Below are positions 36,897 through 50,162 of a DNA stretch of 64,000 bases, one piece after another. The stretch comes from Utricularia gibba. Taxonomy: Eukaryota; Plantae; Magnoliophyta. Under the pieces are notes generated by a model, which was not told where the DNA came from, did not search any database, and saw only the letters and a program-made list of their open reading frames with translations. Both the position numbers and the translations under genes were made by a program. The stretch spans positions 248,001 through 312,000 of the forward strand of contig NEEC01000018.1 of the NCBI GenBank assembly GCA_002189035.1. Reading direction: 5' to 3'. The first letter of the stretch is position 1; the number at the start of each line of letters is the position of its first letter.

Positions 36897-37899
36897 CAAA
36901 TGCTTTTGTTGCATCCATGTGTTGATTACCTTGATGAGCTTGATGGTGAAGAAATATATAGAATAGTGACTTATTAACATTTGACAAAATTTAAGGGTGG
37001 GAAAGCTGACTTATTTATTGATCCTGTTGTGGAATATGTTCATTTGCCAATTTTTGTTGTGCTTTTTAGATGAGTTCTTGGATTTAATTCATTGTACACA
37101 TATGACTTATTTGTTATGTGGTGTTTATGTCATGACCCATGCCAAGAGCTCAGAAGACATGAGTCATGATTGCCAAGCCCTTGTCAACATTAGAACTAAA
37201 GGCATCTTAACTCTTATTTAACATTGAGAAACTATATAAGGTGAGTTTACATACATGCTGTCACATAATTGCCTTAACATGTATACCTAATAAAACTAAT
37301 CTACATATGGAACATCTCTTGATACAATTAAGGACCCTATAGCCATTAAAAGCCCTCCCATAACTTGGACTGCCATACCCATAGTTTGGTTGATCACGTA
37401 ACCTTGAGCTACTGTAATTTGGGTAAAACATATATAAGTATGAAGAAAACAAAAAATGTTTGAACATTAAATCTTAAGAACAAACACATAACCACATTAT
37501 GAGTCTCATAATCTATTTTTGTCCAAATCCCTTGACCCTTTGACTTAGGCATCACCTTGAGGTCTTAGGAGTTAAGTCATGCATTATCTAAGTTAATTAG
37601 TAGTAATCAAAAGAGCCACCAACCAACCATCATCTCTAAACTCAGATCATATCATGCATAAAAATGTTTCTTCATCTTTTTTTCTTGGCTTATCTCATAA
37701 GGATGTCTCAAATATGTCTGACATAATTATCTTTGAATCTCATAGTTGAAACAATGTTGCTAGGAGTGTGGGTCCACATCCCTCATAATTTTCTAAGATA
37801 TGTTCACATAAAACATAAATAAAGAACCTTAAATATTTCATATCCTTCAAAGGGTAAAACATGCTTGGAAAAGAATCAACATGGGAATTTAATCCTTAA

Positions 37900-40800
37900 G
37901 AAATGGTTAAAGTTCATTCAAGAAGATTTTAAGGATTCTAAATGATTTTCCAACACCAAACAACAAAAGAAAGAGCAAATATTTCAAATTATTCTCAAAC
38001 CATATGTGGTTGACGGAGGGAGATCCAAGAATGGCTGGAAGACTAGTTATACTGCACATCTGGAGGTATTTTTGAAAACACGCTTGCCCAACTGCAATCC
38101 GAAGGCTTCTCCACACATTTATTCAAAAATCAAAGTGTGGAACAAAAGCTAACACTATAGTGTATGACTTTCTATGTAAATCGGGGAATAGCTTTAATCC
38201 TAAAACAAAGAAGATAGATGCTACAAAGGAGATTGGAATGAATTGCTTCAGGTTTGTCTAAAAAAATTCATGTTTTTATTCATTCAGATATTCAAGATTA
38301 GTGACTATTTACATGTTGGGGCTTTCTGATATAGTATAACAAGGATAATACAAGAAGCTGAAGGGTAAATCATTACCATTGTATGAGGATTGGAGTGAAA
38401 TTTTTAGCACTGATCGTGCTATTAGTGAAGGAGCATTTGGAGTAAATGAAGAAAATGAGTTCAATGAAGAAGAGTCACTACAAGAGATACGACCAAGTTC
38501 ATATAATTTAAAAGAATATTCTTCCATCGGTGATTCATTTGCCTATGATGTTGATCCATCACCTGATTCTAGTTGAAGAAAATCTGTTAGTAAACTTGGA
38601 AAACAAAAGGCCTGAGAAAAGGATTTAGTGGGCACTCTTTTGGACAACATTGTTGATCGCAATATAGATGCAATCTTGAAAGCCGCAACAACATTAGAAG
38701 GAGATGCCCAACCTCACAATGAATCCATTGCAATATTAATTAGCATGAATATTACCCCTATTCAAATGATAGAGATTTTTTCAATACTAGTAAATGATCC
38801 AGCAAAAGTTCATTGCTTTTTGAGCATGATTGAACAACAACATGAATTAATTTTCAACATCATAAGTATTTGTGAGCCATCTATTCAGTAAGATGCAATT
38901 CATATTATAAATATTTGATTTTTCTCAATAGTTGTGAGCATGAATATTTCTCACGAATATATTTATTCTCATATTAAATCATTATATTAGTTTTGCATTC
39001 AAGACTTCCATTGCATATTGTGGAGTTCATCAATTTTCTTTTCCATTCACTAGTGTAGAAGTTACATAATATGATTGAAAACAGTGCTATATAACATTAT
39101 TGATGCATTATTTTTTGATGTTTTTTGTTTATATTTTATTATTATTATCATTCATAATATGTTTGAAAAGAGTGCTATATAGCATTATTGATGCATCACT
39201 TTTTGATGTTTTTTGTTTATATTTTATTATTATTATAATTCATAATATGTTTGCATTTCTCCTTTTAACTAGATCCATTTAACCACTCTTTGTAAATGTT
39301 TTTTGCAAAGGCATCACGCTAATTACACCAAGCTGGCGATATTTCAATCGTGTTGACAACATCATCAACAAATTCTTCATGGTGATCTTCACATACTTCT
39401 GCCTCAAATGGATCAACGTTCATTTCATTACAGATAAAGTTGTGCAATAATGCACAAGCCACAATGATTTTACCTTGTATTCATGAAACCCCATGTTCTT
39501 TCCATCACAATCCTAGCTTTGGCATGCCGCATATTGTAGTATTCTTTTTCATTTTGTGGAATCTGATTACCGTGCCCCCATTCCTTCAAGTGATAGCGAA
39601 TTCCTCTATGTAAGAAATCTTTCACAATTTGTGTAACTATTATCTGTCAAATAATAATGGCCTCTTTGCACTTGAAAATTAGGACTCTGAGTAAGAGCAT
39701 CACATAGTCCACATCCATTTCTGATCCCACCCAACCTGTTAGAATGTAAATAAATTTCATGCTCTCATTGCACACGCCTAACACATTGGTTGATATTGTG
39801 CCCTTCCAAGTTCTATATCAAGTACGATCTCTCTCCTTGACTGTGACATTTATATATGAACCATCAAGCACCTCATGACAATCTTTATATAAAAAATCAT
39901 TGAATTAGGTACACAATGAACAATGAGATAATAATTCATAAAAAAATATTTCAATGCATTTGAACCAACAATTGTATGAGGCTTCACCAATACCACATCA
40001 TGTAGTCCAAGAACTACTTGGAGCACCGTATGAAAATATTTGTGTACCATATACGTAGATCGATAAAACTACAATTTTTGCTCTCTCATTTTTCTATGAT
40101 GTGCAAGAATGCGAAAAAAGCTCACAACCATTTTTGGAATTGTAACATACTTACCATGGTGTAACCCATCACATTGTTGAAGAATGATATAGAGTTTTCT
40201 AAATGTATCTAAATGTAGCCTCAAATTTTCATGTGCTGCTCCTTGAATATCATTCACAAGATCTCCATAATATCCAACTTGTCTTGAGATCTTGTAAAGC
40301 ATAGAATACCTTTGCAGTTCTCTATGGCGATTACACAAATCCAAAACTAACCTGCATAATGCATAATTGCATAGCAACGGATGCTTGAAAAAGCAACATC
40401 AACACTTTCTTTTTTCCCCTAACCCCATTAAAATGTGGGAACTATGTGTCTATTGGCAAGTTAAGTTACCTTAAATTAAAAAATACATTATGTTTTGATT
40501 ATCCAAAGTAATCGAAGCAAATCCAAAATACTATAACACATGAAAACTGATGAAAGAATATCAGATACCAAAAATAATGGAGGTAAGAAAATGAAAAATT
40601 TGAAACCTATGCATTCTGTAAAACCCATGAAAACAATGAGATATAAGATATCTAGAAAAATTGAAAGGGGGAATTAAGTATCCACCGCAGCCCAAATTGC
40701 TTGGGTAGAAATGTGCGCTGAAGGGTGTTAAATGCATTCAAGATGATAGAATGCTTTACTTTGTTGAGAAGAAGAAACACTTGAAAAAGGAGAAGGAAGC

Positions 40801-40961
40801 TGGGATAAGTAAATCCTCTCTAGTGAGATGGGATATTTAAATCCTAAAAATTAAGGATTTAAAATTCTAATACTAATCCTAGGTGATTTTCATCCCACCT
40901 ATGAAACACAGAATTCTAATATAATCATAATATATATTAATACCATCAACCAAACACACCC
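37900..40961. mobile_element. Decayed PIF/Harbinger transposon with convergent Myb/SANT-like ORF (+, ~37900-38890) and DDE transposase (-, ~40380-39300)
   Basis: YEDWSEIFSTDRA.S and SG..F...T.KI.A motifs for the Myb-like ORF. LHLDTFRKL..IL...GL....VT....V..F.RILAHH.K.R, CLGxxxGT and NMRHAKAR remnants for the transposase. TIR ...AACCAAACACACCC followed by TTA at 40961-40964. Left TIR not located. Confidence 0.8.
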
Positions 40962-41399
40962 TTACTATTCAACGGAATCCTCTATCTCTCATTCCCTGAA
41001 CTCTACCTCTTAAAGTCTTCCTCAAAATATACTCAACACTAATATTAATATATCCTCAAAATGTACATGAGTTAGCATCCCCTATAACCTAAGGTTACCA
41101 TGTGACTTTGCCTTTTGATAGCACCTGCATCACTTCTATTGGTTGTTGTTACAAATCTTCATACTAAAGTGAACCCTATCCCTTATTGATTCTATCCATA
41201 ATTATGCTTAATTGTTGTAGCTATGTTTCTAACCTCTCATACAAATTCAGAGATTGCAGACCATTACAATTTATGGCATAAAAAGACTATGAACTTAGTA
41301 GCCATTTTATAGAACAAATCAAGTGAGACTATAGACAAAGTACCATAAGCCACCTCAATTTTGGCAATGTGATTACCTTCTTAGCTCAAACAATCTATG

Positions 41400-42290
41400 T
41401 TGATCATATTTTAGAACTTGAGCTTTTTCATGTGGAAACAAAGACATCCACATTAAATGTTCATTTTCTTAAATTTATTGGACTCATTCAAGCTAAGAGA
41501 GGCAGGTTTGTTTAAGTCCCTTGTAGAAATTTGTGGATATGCACCTCCAATGAGAAGGATGAAATGCAATACTCTAGTTACCAACTATTGCTATTACCTT
41601 AGTTAGAACTGGGTTCAATAAATTCAGTTTCGTTAAATTATGATCAGAAATGCAATGCTATTCAAGGAATTTCGATGAATGTGTTCAATGCTTTTCTTGA
41701 TGCAAAAGATGCATGAAAAAAGTATACTAGAATAAAATAAGGGTCAAGAAAACATTTAGGGGAGAGAAATAAGACCCAATGTTTCAAAAAGTAGGACACA
41801 ATAAAAAAACATGTGCAAACACAAGAGCAATGAGAAAAGGCGGGATAGAGAAACCAATTTAGAAGAGTGGAGGGAGAACCCCAAAGAGGAAAGGATAGAA
41901 GTGTTTGGTCCATACTCCACATATGAGGAGGGGGGGACAACAAATGTATGAATTAATTCTTAAATTCCCCGCTTACCCTCAATCTTTTAAAAAAAAAATA
42001 AGGAAAGAAATATCATGATAAAAAAAAAGAGAGAGAAGGTAAAAAGTGACAAATAGAATCTCTTAGAATTTTAAGGTATGCAAAATTTGTATTTAATCAC
42101 CAAAAGCATTTATTAAGATGAATTGACATGAATGTCTGAGAGATGACATGGTTAGCACACAACCACTTTCTTGATTCTTGCATTTTGATAAAAAATGTTA
42201 AGCATTCCAACTCCTATTCGAGAAATTCCTGAGCTCTTTTAGTTTAATTAATCTTAACTTTGATTTGAGGACAAGTATAATATCATTATG
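41400..42290 (+). mobile_element. Probable Athila-like 3' non-coding internal region
   Basis: Composition and TTTGAGGACAAG pre-PPT motif (~42265) resemble 45800-46650. No ORF. Confidence 0.35.
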
Positions 42291-42999
42291 TAATGTAATG
42301 ACCCATAATTACAAATTCATGTAGTCAGGGAATTATATCTATTTTGCTACAAAAATTAGGATTCTTGTGTGAATTTTGTATTTCTTGAAATATTAGCATA
42401 ATTTTTCTACTATATTCTAAATTTTTATTTATTCTCGTTAATTTGAGTAAAGCACCACACCGTCAATGAGTCACATATGGAAAAGTCCATTCATAACAAA
42501 ATGTAGTACACATGAATATCGAGGAAGAAAGAGGGAAAGAAAAAAAATATTTTCAAGAGAGATGAAAGGGGAGATTATGAACACAAAACTTCGACAAAAA
42601 ACAACCTTGAAGAGCATGAGAAGAAGAAAATAAAAGAAAGAGAAAGAGCAAAAGAAGAAATTTTAATTTTTAAATCAACCAAAAAACTCGTGCATGAACA
42701 CTACTCTTGGCTAAAATATGATCGAAGACACCAATTTATCTTTTCATTTGGGAACTTGTTTCTTTTGACATCACAGCTTATTTTATATTTTTTAGACTGC
42801 CACTTTCAATATATCTTTGAATAGGTAAAAAAAATGTGACGGCTTAGGGTATAAAGAGGTGGGTTTGTTCATTCTTCCCTAGTTTTCAATGTGTAAAGAT
42901 AGTGACCAACAAACTCGAAAGCCATAAATCCAATACAAATAAATTGATTTCATAACTCGACAATCAGCCATCTTCAATAGACATATTTTCGACCACAAC

Positions 43000-43590
43000 A
43001 ACTTCCAATGCAAATCTAACCACTCTCATAGAAATGTCAAAAACCAAGGGAGAAACCTAAAGAAGGTAGAATTCCTCAAAAAACTGTGGTCTAAAATTTG
43101 CACATAGAAAGATATTTAGTTTCCGCCTAGACACAAAGTTAATACATGATCATTGGTAGAAGTTGATGGTCAATGAGGCCTTTGGAACCTTCACAAGAGC
43201 AGCTATCCATGCTCCCTTCTAGATCTTCTATGAAGTAGAGGACTCAAAAAAAAAATCTTCAATCTCTATTTGACTTTTCAATTGATCAATCATCTCCTAG
43301 AGTACTCATCGAAATTCAAGTCACAGAAGAGGATTTTTCGATAAGAAAACCCTCATTTCTTGGGCATAATCAAGACGCACTTTGCCCATGGGATTAAGTC
43401 CAGTCAACTCCAAAAATGTTCAAAATGCCCCAAGCAAGCAATCCAGTACTTTTAAGACAAAAGAATTACCTTTCTTCATAGGTGTCACTTACTTCATGAG
43501 GATATCACATTGCAACCTAATACCAAGGTGCATGTTGATATTGTAGAACTTTGCATGTCATCATGCAAGTCAAGCTTTCTTTCCATTAGT
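43000..43590 (-). mobile_element. Highly degenerate Ty3/gypsy protease/RT-region remnant
   Basis: Eroded minus-strand similarity to CDvlpmdachllLGRPW and feeyxDVFP-ELP segments, with many stops. Confidence 0.4.
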
Positions 43591-43593
43591 TGA

Positions 43594-44573
43594 TGATAAC
43601 ACATGAATTTTCCGATTATTAGAGTAAGAAAATTATGCTTTTGAATAATGTATTAAGTGTTTATCTTATAGAAGAAGAACTTCATCCTCAAGAACAGCAT
43701 CAGAGCCCAGTCCAGTACTATTGTTCCGGCTAGGGAACAGTAGCGGAAGGAAACCAGAACTCTTACTGCTTTATTTTCGTTTGTTGATGTTTTCAGTTTC
43801 TGGAACCAACTCTTTGATGATGTTTTTGACATTTTCGTTGCTTTATGTTAATGTTATCATGTTTTACCTTCAAAGTATGAGTAGCTAAAGCCTTAGGGAT
43901 ATCTTAAGGTGAAGTATGGTGGTGTGTGCTTAGGATTAATAATGAAATTTATGTTTGTTCCTTAACTCTTGTTTCTAACAAACCATGGGTAGACCTAAGG
44001 AGGGAAACAAGTAGTTTCACAACTTAGAAGCTTGGTTTAGAGGTAGACCAACCAACCAAGACGAGAGCAGTCGGTGTTAGTCTAGGGTAGAACCAGTAGA
44101 ACCGGGTAGACCTAGTTCTATATGCCTTGCATGCGAGTAGACCTAATTGCAATGTTGGTTATGATATTGAGGACTAGCTTAGCCGAAAATATGATAAATG
44201 ACCTGGGTAGACGTAGGTTATAGGAAGATGGTAAATTAAGTTAGGAACCTTAGCATAACACCACCTACAGATCCTTAAGGCGTCTTCGTGTTATTTTGAG
44301 TTAGAACCAGTACTTATTACCTCTTGCATTGAAACCTGATTCCGTTTACTGAACTTTCTTACCACTACTAGTCCAAGCTTAGACTAAGATCTACTGTTAT
44401 TCCGAATCATGCATTTACTAAAACACTTAGCAAGCACAAGCTCTTCGTGATCAACCCAATATCCACTATACAAGTTTTCCAAATTTGTATTTTGTTAGGA
44501 TTATGGACTATAAATTTATTTGATAACGAATTTTCTATTTTTTCAATGACACTAGGAAAATTTTCGTTTATCA
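43594..44573 (+). mobile_element. Athila-like solo LTR (family A-related, 980 bp)
   Basis: TGATAACAC...TTTTCGTTTATCA termini, with the family A tail. Perfect TSD GTTGA at 43589-43593 and 44574-44578. Confidence 0.88.
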
Positions 44574-44739
44574 GTTGATCATCAAGATGTTCAAAATCAT
44601 TGGTTGAAAAGAGAGATTATTTGGTGACAAATCATTATCTCTACATGCAGTGTCATCATTGTATCTGAGGTTCGCTCATTGTAGAGTATGTATGATCCAT
44701 GTAAATGACTTGTTAAGTTGAAGTAGTTCAACCCCTTCA

Positions 44740-45750
44740 TATGTGCCTTTGATATTTAAATAATATTCGGATGTGATGAAGTTCTCAAGGTGTCTCAAAT
44801 CAAGGTTCTATGTTAATATCTCCAAGACAAAGAGTATTCAAGATGCCTCATAGGGAGAGTCCTACAATAATACCTCCGATGTGTAGAGTTTTAGGATAAC
44901 TCATAAAGATGGTTCCATATTAATATTATCTACGGGAAAAATCTTCATGATGCCTCAAAGTGAGGGTTCTATGGTAATATCTCTAATACTCAAAGAATTT
45001 AGTGTTTCTTCGAAGCAAGAGCCCTATGCTAATATCTCTAATGTGCGAAGCCTTCTTCAAGATGCCTCGAAAAAAGGGCCTACCATAATATTTCCAATGC
45101 ACAAACTCTTTAGTGTGCCTCAAAGCTAGAATCCTAAAGTAATATCTCTAATACGTGAGTCTCTCAAGTTGACTCATAAAGATTACCTACAAAAATATCT
45201 TTGATGTACAAAGCTTTCAAGGTGCCTTGTAGCAAGGATTTTATAATAATATCTCGAATGCACACAGCATTCATGATGTCTCCAAGAGAGGACCCTATGG
45301 TAATACCTCTGATGCACTAAGCCTTCAACGTGCTTGAAACTGAGAGCCCTACATTGGATCTCTAATTCATGCAACCTTCAAAGTGCCCCAATCAGGATCC
45401 TATGATAATATCTTTGATACATGTATCTTTTATTATCCCTCAAAATGAGGATCTTTTGGTAATATCTTTGATATGCTCATGCTTCCTCAAAGTGTAAGAT
45501 AATATCTCAAATACATGGGCCCTTCAAGGTGCTTAGTACTGAGGGTCTTACAATAACATATTCCATGCATGAAGCATTCATAGTGCCTCAAAGCAAGAGC
45601 CCTATGATAATACACAGAGCCTTTATAATGTCTCATATCAAGGGCCTCATGATAATATCTCTAGTGTCTAGAGCCTTCATAGTGCCTTCAAATGAGAATC
45701 CTACTAAATATCCATGATACACAAAGTTTCAAAGTACCTCGAAGCAAGGT
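44740..45750. repeat. Degenerate ~54-bp tandem array, roughly 18 units
   Basis: Anchor TAATA(T/C)CTC recurs at 44814, 44868, 44921, 44975, 45030, 45086, 45140, ~45194, 45247, 45301, 45406, 45460 and onward. Approximate consensus CCTTCAAAGTGCCTCAAAGTGAGGGTCCTATGATAATATCTCTAATGCACAAAG. Confidence 0.85.
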
Positions 45751-45799
45751 CCTTTGTTCATATCAAAAGGTAATAGAGGAAAATTTGATAAACTTCATG

Positions 45800-47938
45800 T
45801 ACGGCGTAAGGCATTTAAAGGTAAAGCACAATAAGATGAAATCAGATCTATTTTAAAAGTGGTTAGTCTCCCTCATAAGCAAACATTGATTTTATTTCAT
45901 GATTGAGAGATTTTTATAGAGCTCCATTAAGAGTATTTTATGAGTAGCTTTCGTGGCTGTATTTGAACAATTTTTCGTAGGTTTTCTTTTACGTTCACAT
46001 TTTTATCTTTTGAGTCAGCCCCATATCATGCTCCTTAAGTTAGATGGCATTCATGCTCAGGTATTCCTTACGCCTGATTCATGATTAGAGTGCTTAGACT
46101 TACCTTGCTGTTAGGAAATCTTCTAGATTTTTCCTTTGAATTTCTTGTTTTTATGACATGCATTAGGGCTGAGACTTGTTTAGGATTACTCTCACATATC
46201 ATTGTATATTCATGGCCCAGTGACACCACATCTTCAAAAAAAAAAAAAAGAGAAGAAGGATGCCAAAGTTAAGAATTGTCTGATGAAATCGTGGATGACA
46301 CAAACATTCTTTATGAACCACAAATAAGGTTTCATAATCTAGACAGTTCTTCCCCAAAGCGGGGGTCCTTATTCAAAAAAAAAAGAAAAGAGAAGAGGAA
46401 TAAGTCACTACGGCCCAAAACACTTGAAAATGTGAGAGTGATCCTGAACTGTCGCTTCCCTAATTGTGTTTTTTGAGTAGTATGCTTTAAATTGATTTGA
46501 AAAGTTTGGAAAGAAATAGAAGGTGATACATGCAGTTAGATAGGAATAGGTTACCTTAGTCATGCATCATGTGTTAGGTACTACTAGAGCTATAGATTAT
46601 ATATTTGTTTTCATACTTGAGGACAAACATGATTTAAGTGTGGGGGAATATGTTAAGTGTCATTTTCTCACTTTCTTTTAGATTGTTTTTATATCTAAAT
46701 GTGATTAAAGTTTTCTAATTAGAAGTCTATAATATAAGATTTAGGTTTTTATTTAGTTTAGGGTAATTATCCTAAATCTTGTATTTTATATAATATTTTT
46801 TCTAGTTTTATTTAAGTTTTTCTAGAGGCGCACACATGGCAGGAAATGAGAGAAAGAGGGCAACAGATGATGACAAAATGGATCTTCCCGAGCTGACATC
46901 TTGTTGATTTCTGAAAGACTGCAGATGCCTAATCATGAGCCGTCACATGCGATACACAGGAGTCTCTAACAGGAAAAAATTATTAGCATATCAGTGTCAG
47001 AGCAGACGTTTGTTTGCCAGTCACTCCAGTCTAGCAAAACCAAAGGAACACGAAAACTCAGAAAAATTAGTTCATTTTAGTTCAGTTCAGGCATTCACAA
47101 TTAACTTTTCTAGTTTAGTTTAGATTTCATTTCTCTATCTAGAGGATTTTTCCTCTATCTTCTCTCTAAAATCTGTTTCATTTTCTTTAGTTTATATGAC
47201 TGTTCGCGGTAGAGACTTCCGTTTCTAGGTTAGATATTCCCAGATCTATGTTTCGTTAATTCATCTTCATCTCTTCTTTGAATACGAATGGGTTTCATAT
47301 ATCTTTGGACGACTATGTTACAATCTTTCTATAACAATCACCTTATTCAAGATTCATGCTTAACTGATAGCTATCCAGGAGTACCAACTCATGCCCTTTT
47401 GGCAGGAGGAAGACAATGTTTTATTTGCGGCCATACCTCAGGATCAATGGACAGATAGTGACCTCGTATCTAGACTCATTGGATCATCGGCCACATTCGG
47501 GCACATGCACGCAATTCGACCATGAGGGTAGGTTGGCAAGACGTATCAACTTCACGTTCATCCAAGGAGGAGCAACATCAGGCAATTCCCGTGCCTTTTT
47601 GCAAGAGAGTGCAAGGGAGAGTAGGCAATTCCTTACTCTTATAACCGAGTACTCGAGAAGATAAGAGAAGAGCGAAGACACAATGAACATTGCTGGGCAG
47701 GATTCTAAACCTAGGAATATTTGTTTTATTTAAGGTTTATCGCTTACGTTTATTTCCGTTGTATGTTTACAACCCTCTTACCCTCTTACCTAACCCATTT
47801 ACAAATTGTGATAGTTGTGTTCGGTGTAACTTCATCTTTTGCTGAAAAACAACTTCTTGTGTTCGACACCCATACTACGCTTTTGTGTTTTATGAGTTTA
47901 AAAAATATTAAAATTTGTTGTGGAAACGATACGCATCA
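45800..47938 (+). mobile_element. 3' end of an Athila-like element: 3' non-coding region, PPT and 3' LTR (46651-47938, family B-related)
   Basis: TTGAGGACAAACATGATTTAAGTGTGGGGGA (Athila-type PPT context) directly precedes TGTTAAGTGTCATTTT. The LTR ends GATACGCATCA and shares internal motifs with the other family B LTRs. Confidence 0.8.
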
Positions 47939-48858
47939 ATAAACAATCGAGATTGTGCTCAAAACATTGAAGGAAACTTTGTCGATTTCCATAAACTAAG
48001 AAAATCTAGCCACAAATGACCATGACTAATAGAAATGAACAGAAAATTAAAAGTCTTCTTCCTACCTATGATAGAGAGGAAGAACAAAAGTTCAAGTTCG
48101 GAAAGAGAAAAGCTGAAGAGTTCCATGTCTCTTTTAATTCACATCCCACATGAATTTTACTTCCTCTACTCCATTTTCTTCATTCCTCTTGTCTTGGTTG
48201 TATAGTCAATTTTCCCATTCGTACAAGCAATCACTCAATCATTACAGTAGACTCTATAATGTCATAACGCATGGTCCAAAAATAGTGTCAGTCTTTCACC
48301 CACGATGGATTTGAGTCATGTACAAGCTATGAAATATCATTGTTTTGTCTTTTGCAAGTCTCCTATGACATTCCAACATTGCTTCATGCAACTTTTGGGT
48401 GAAAGTACACAAAAAACAACATATTTCCTAATAAAATGTAATAATTATTAAGATGACTCTTAACTAGGTGATTTAATACTAAATTAATATATAATAATAC
48501 ATCATAAACATAAAAAAAATGTCACTTAATACCTAGGTATCATCTACAAATGGTTTATTGTGCCAAGGGAGGCTCTTTGATGTCCATGCACAATAGAGAT
48601 AGGGGATAAATCTATGAGGTCTAAAAGTGAGCTATAAATACCTTTCTAAGGGTGATAGCCACATCCTATGGCTCCATGTTATGGGGGGGCTTGCATCAAG
48701 ATCCTTTGATGTTGGCTTGGATAATAAATAATTTTATTATGGTAATCCATATGGGAAGAGTATGCCTTTTACCTTCTCCAATGTCCTCAATATAAACTTG
48801 CATTGACATTCAATGCTCTATATGTGAGAAATTTAAAACTTGGATCCTTCCCTAAATC

Positions 48859-48935
48859 TGAATTTGTCTATCGTCCTGATGTCTATATTATGATCTTTTG
48901 AACGTGTAGATGAATTTGTCTATCGTCCTGATGTC
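48859..48935. repeat. Perfect 25-bp direct repeat pair with a 27-bp spacer
   Basis: TGAATTTGTCTATCGTCCTGATGTC at 48859-48883 and 48911-48935. Confidence 0.9.
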
Positions 48936-49066
48936 AATGTTGTCAAGTGCTTGGGAATTTGCCTTGTGCAAGGGTTGTGCAAGACATACTCAAAGGAAGA
49001 GTCCTAAGTGTCTTAAGATGATTTGAGAATTTCCCTCATTCAATGGAAACACAAAAAGAAGATACC

Positions 49067-49250
49067 CATCGGTTCTGAAACCGTGGATTGCCGTAGAAAA
49101 TGGTTCCGATTTCCGTTCGAAACCATATTCCGAAACCTTGAACCGAACCAAAACTGGAAAATCATACGAATGGTTTCAATTCAAAACCAAAACCGATAAT
49201 CTCAAATCGAACCGTAACCGAAATTGAGCAGTTACTGTTTTGAATGCATT
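49067..49250. mobile_element. hAT-like terminal/subterminal region
   Basis: CATCGGTTCTGAAACCG start and a cluster of AACCG/CGGTT motifs, similar to 31741-31815. Confidence 0.45.
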
Positions 49251-49299
49251 TTTCAAACACCCATATGAATCATTGTAGGTATCCGACAATGAAGTTGGG

Positions 49300-50162
49300 T
49301 TAGTTTTCATATATAACCAAGTGTATGCTAAACAAAAATAGAAAAAATGGCTTATCGGATTTTTCATTAACTTGTGAGGTAAGTCATCAATCAATAGGGC
49401 ATTGTAATGATCATATGTTGTATTCAACCCATTGTTCACAGCCCAAACACAACTCAACTCCTTCATGTAGACTGTGTTGTTAGGATTGTTGTGAACATGT
49501 ACACCTATATCCGTAGTCATCAATTGGTCTCATATGAAAATGAGTTTTTCAAATAATGAAGGTTGAAAGACCTATTTAGTAATTGTTTCAGCTACTCCCT
49601 ACAAAAGAAAGTATTTGCAAAGTATTTGCATAATTCTAAATACCAAAAAAAAAGATGCGCACGTATCCACCACGAGATGACCATAAGACTACATCAAAAT
49701 TATTCAAACACCACCTAATGAAGTCACGGACATATGGATGTAGAAATTATGCCAACAACTATTCATGATATCTCACAAAGTGTTAATGTATATAACACAT
49801 AAAAATAAGTATTCTGTTAAGATACCTGATCGGCCATATATGATTCTATCTGGAGGGATTCGTGAGCTTGACAGTCCAGCCATGAATAAGATGTCTGCAA
49901 GCACACCATTTACGTTCAATATAATCAACTTTTTTTGTAGTTCAAAGGCACTCAAAGAGGGTCCGATATACACCCAACGGCTCTCATACCAATCCAATTT
50001 GTAGTAAAGCTCTTCATTTTCCTTTGTTATGAATGTAAATCTATCATCCACATCATTGAGATCATGCATGTTCTCGTCCTCTTCAACATCATTGCCATCT
50101 TGTGTCTTATCATCCCTAGACTTGTCTTCATTCTTTTTAAGTGTTTTAGGATTCTTCAACAC
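49300..50162 (-). pseudogene. Fragmented FCP1-homology (NIF/HAD-type CTD phosphatase-like) gene relic
   Basis: KKLIILNVNGVLADI resembles the plant NIF motif KKLLvLDvNGlLadi. DQLMTTDIG...VYMKELSCVW...NALLIDDLPHKLMKNP resembles DQ..C..TG...lKeL.klW....NTLL.DDSPYK...NP. The middle part is not open. Confidence 0.6.

Noticed and set aside
48859-48935. Mini-CRISPR (repeat-spacer-repeat)
   Set aside because: Only two repeats, no leader or cas genes, and plant nuclear TE context.
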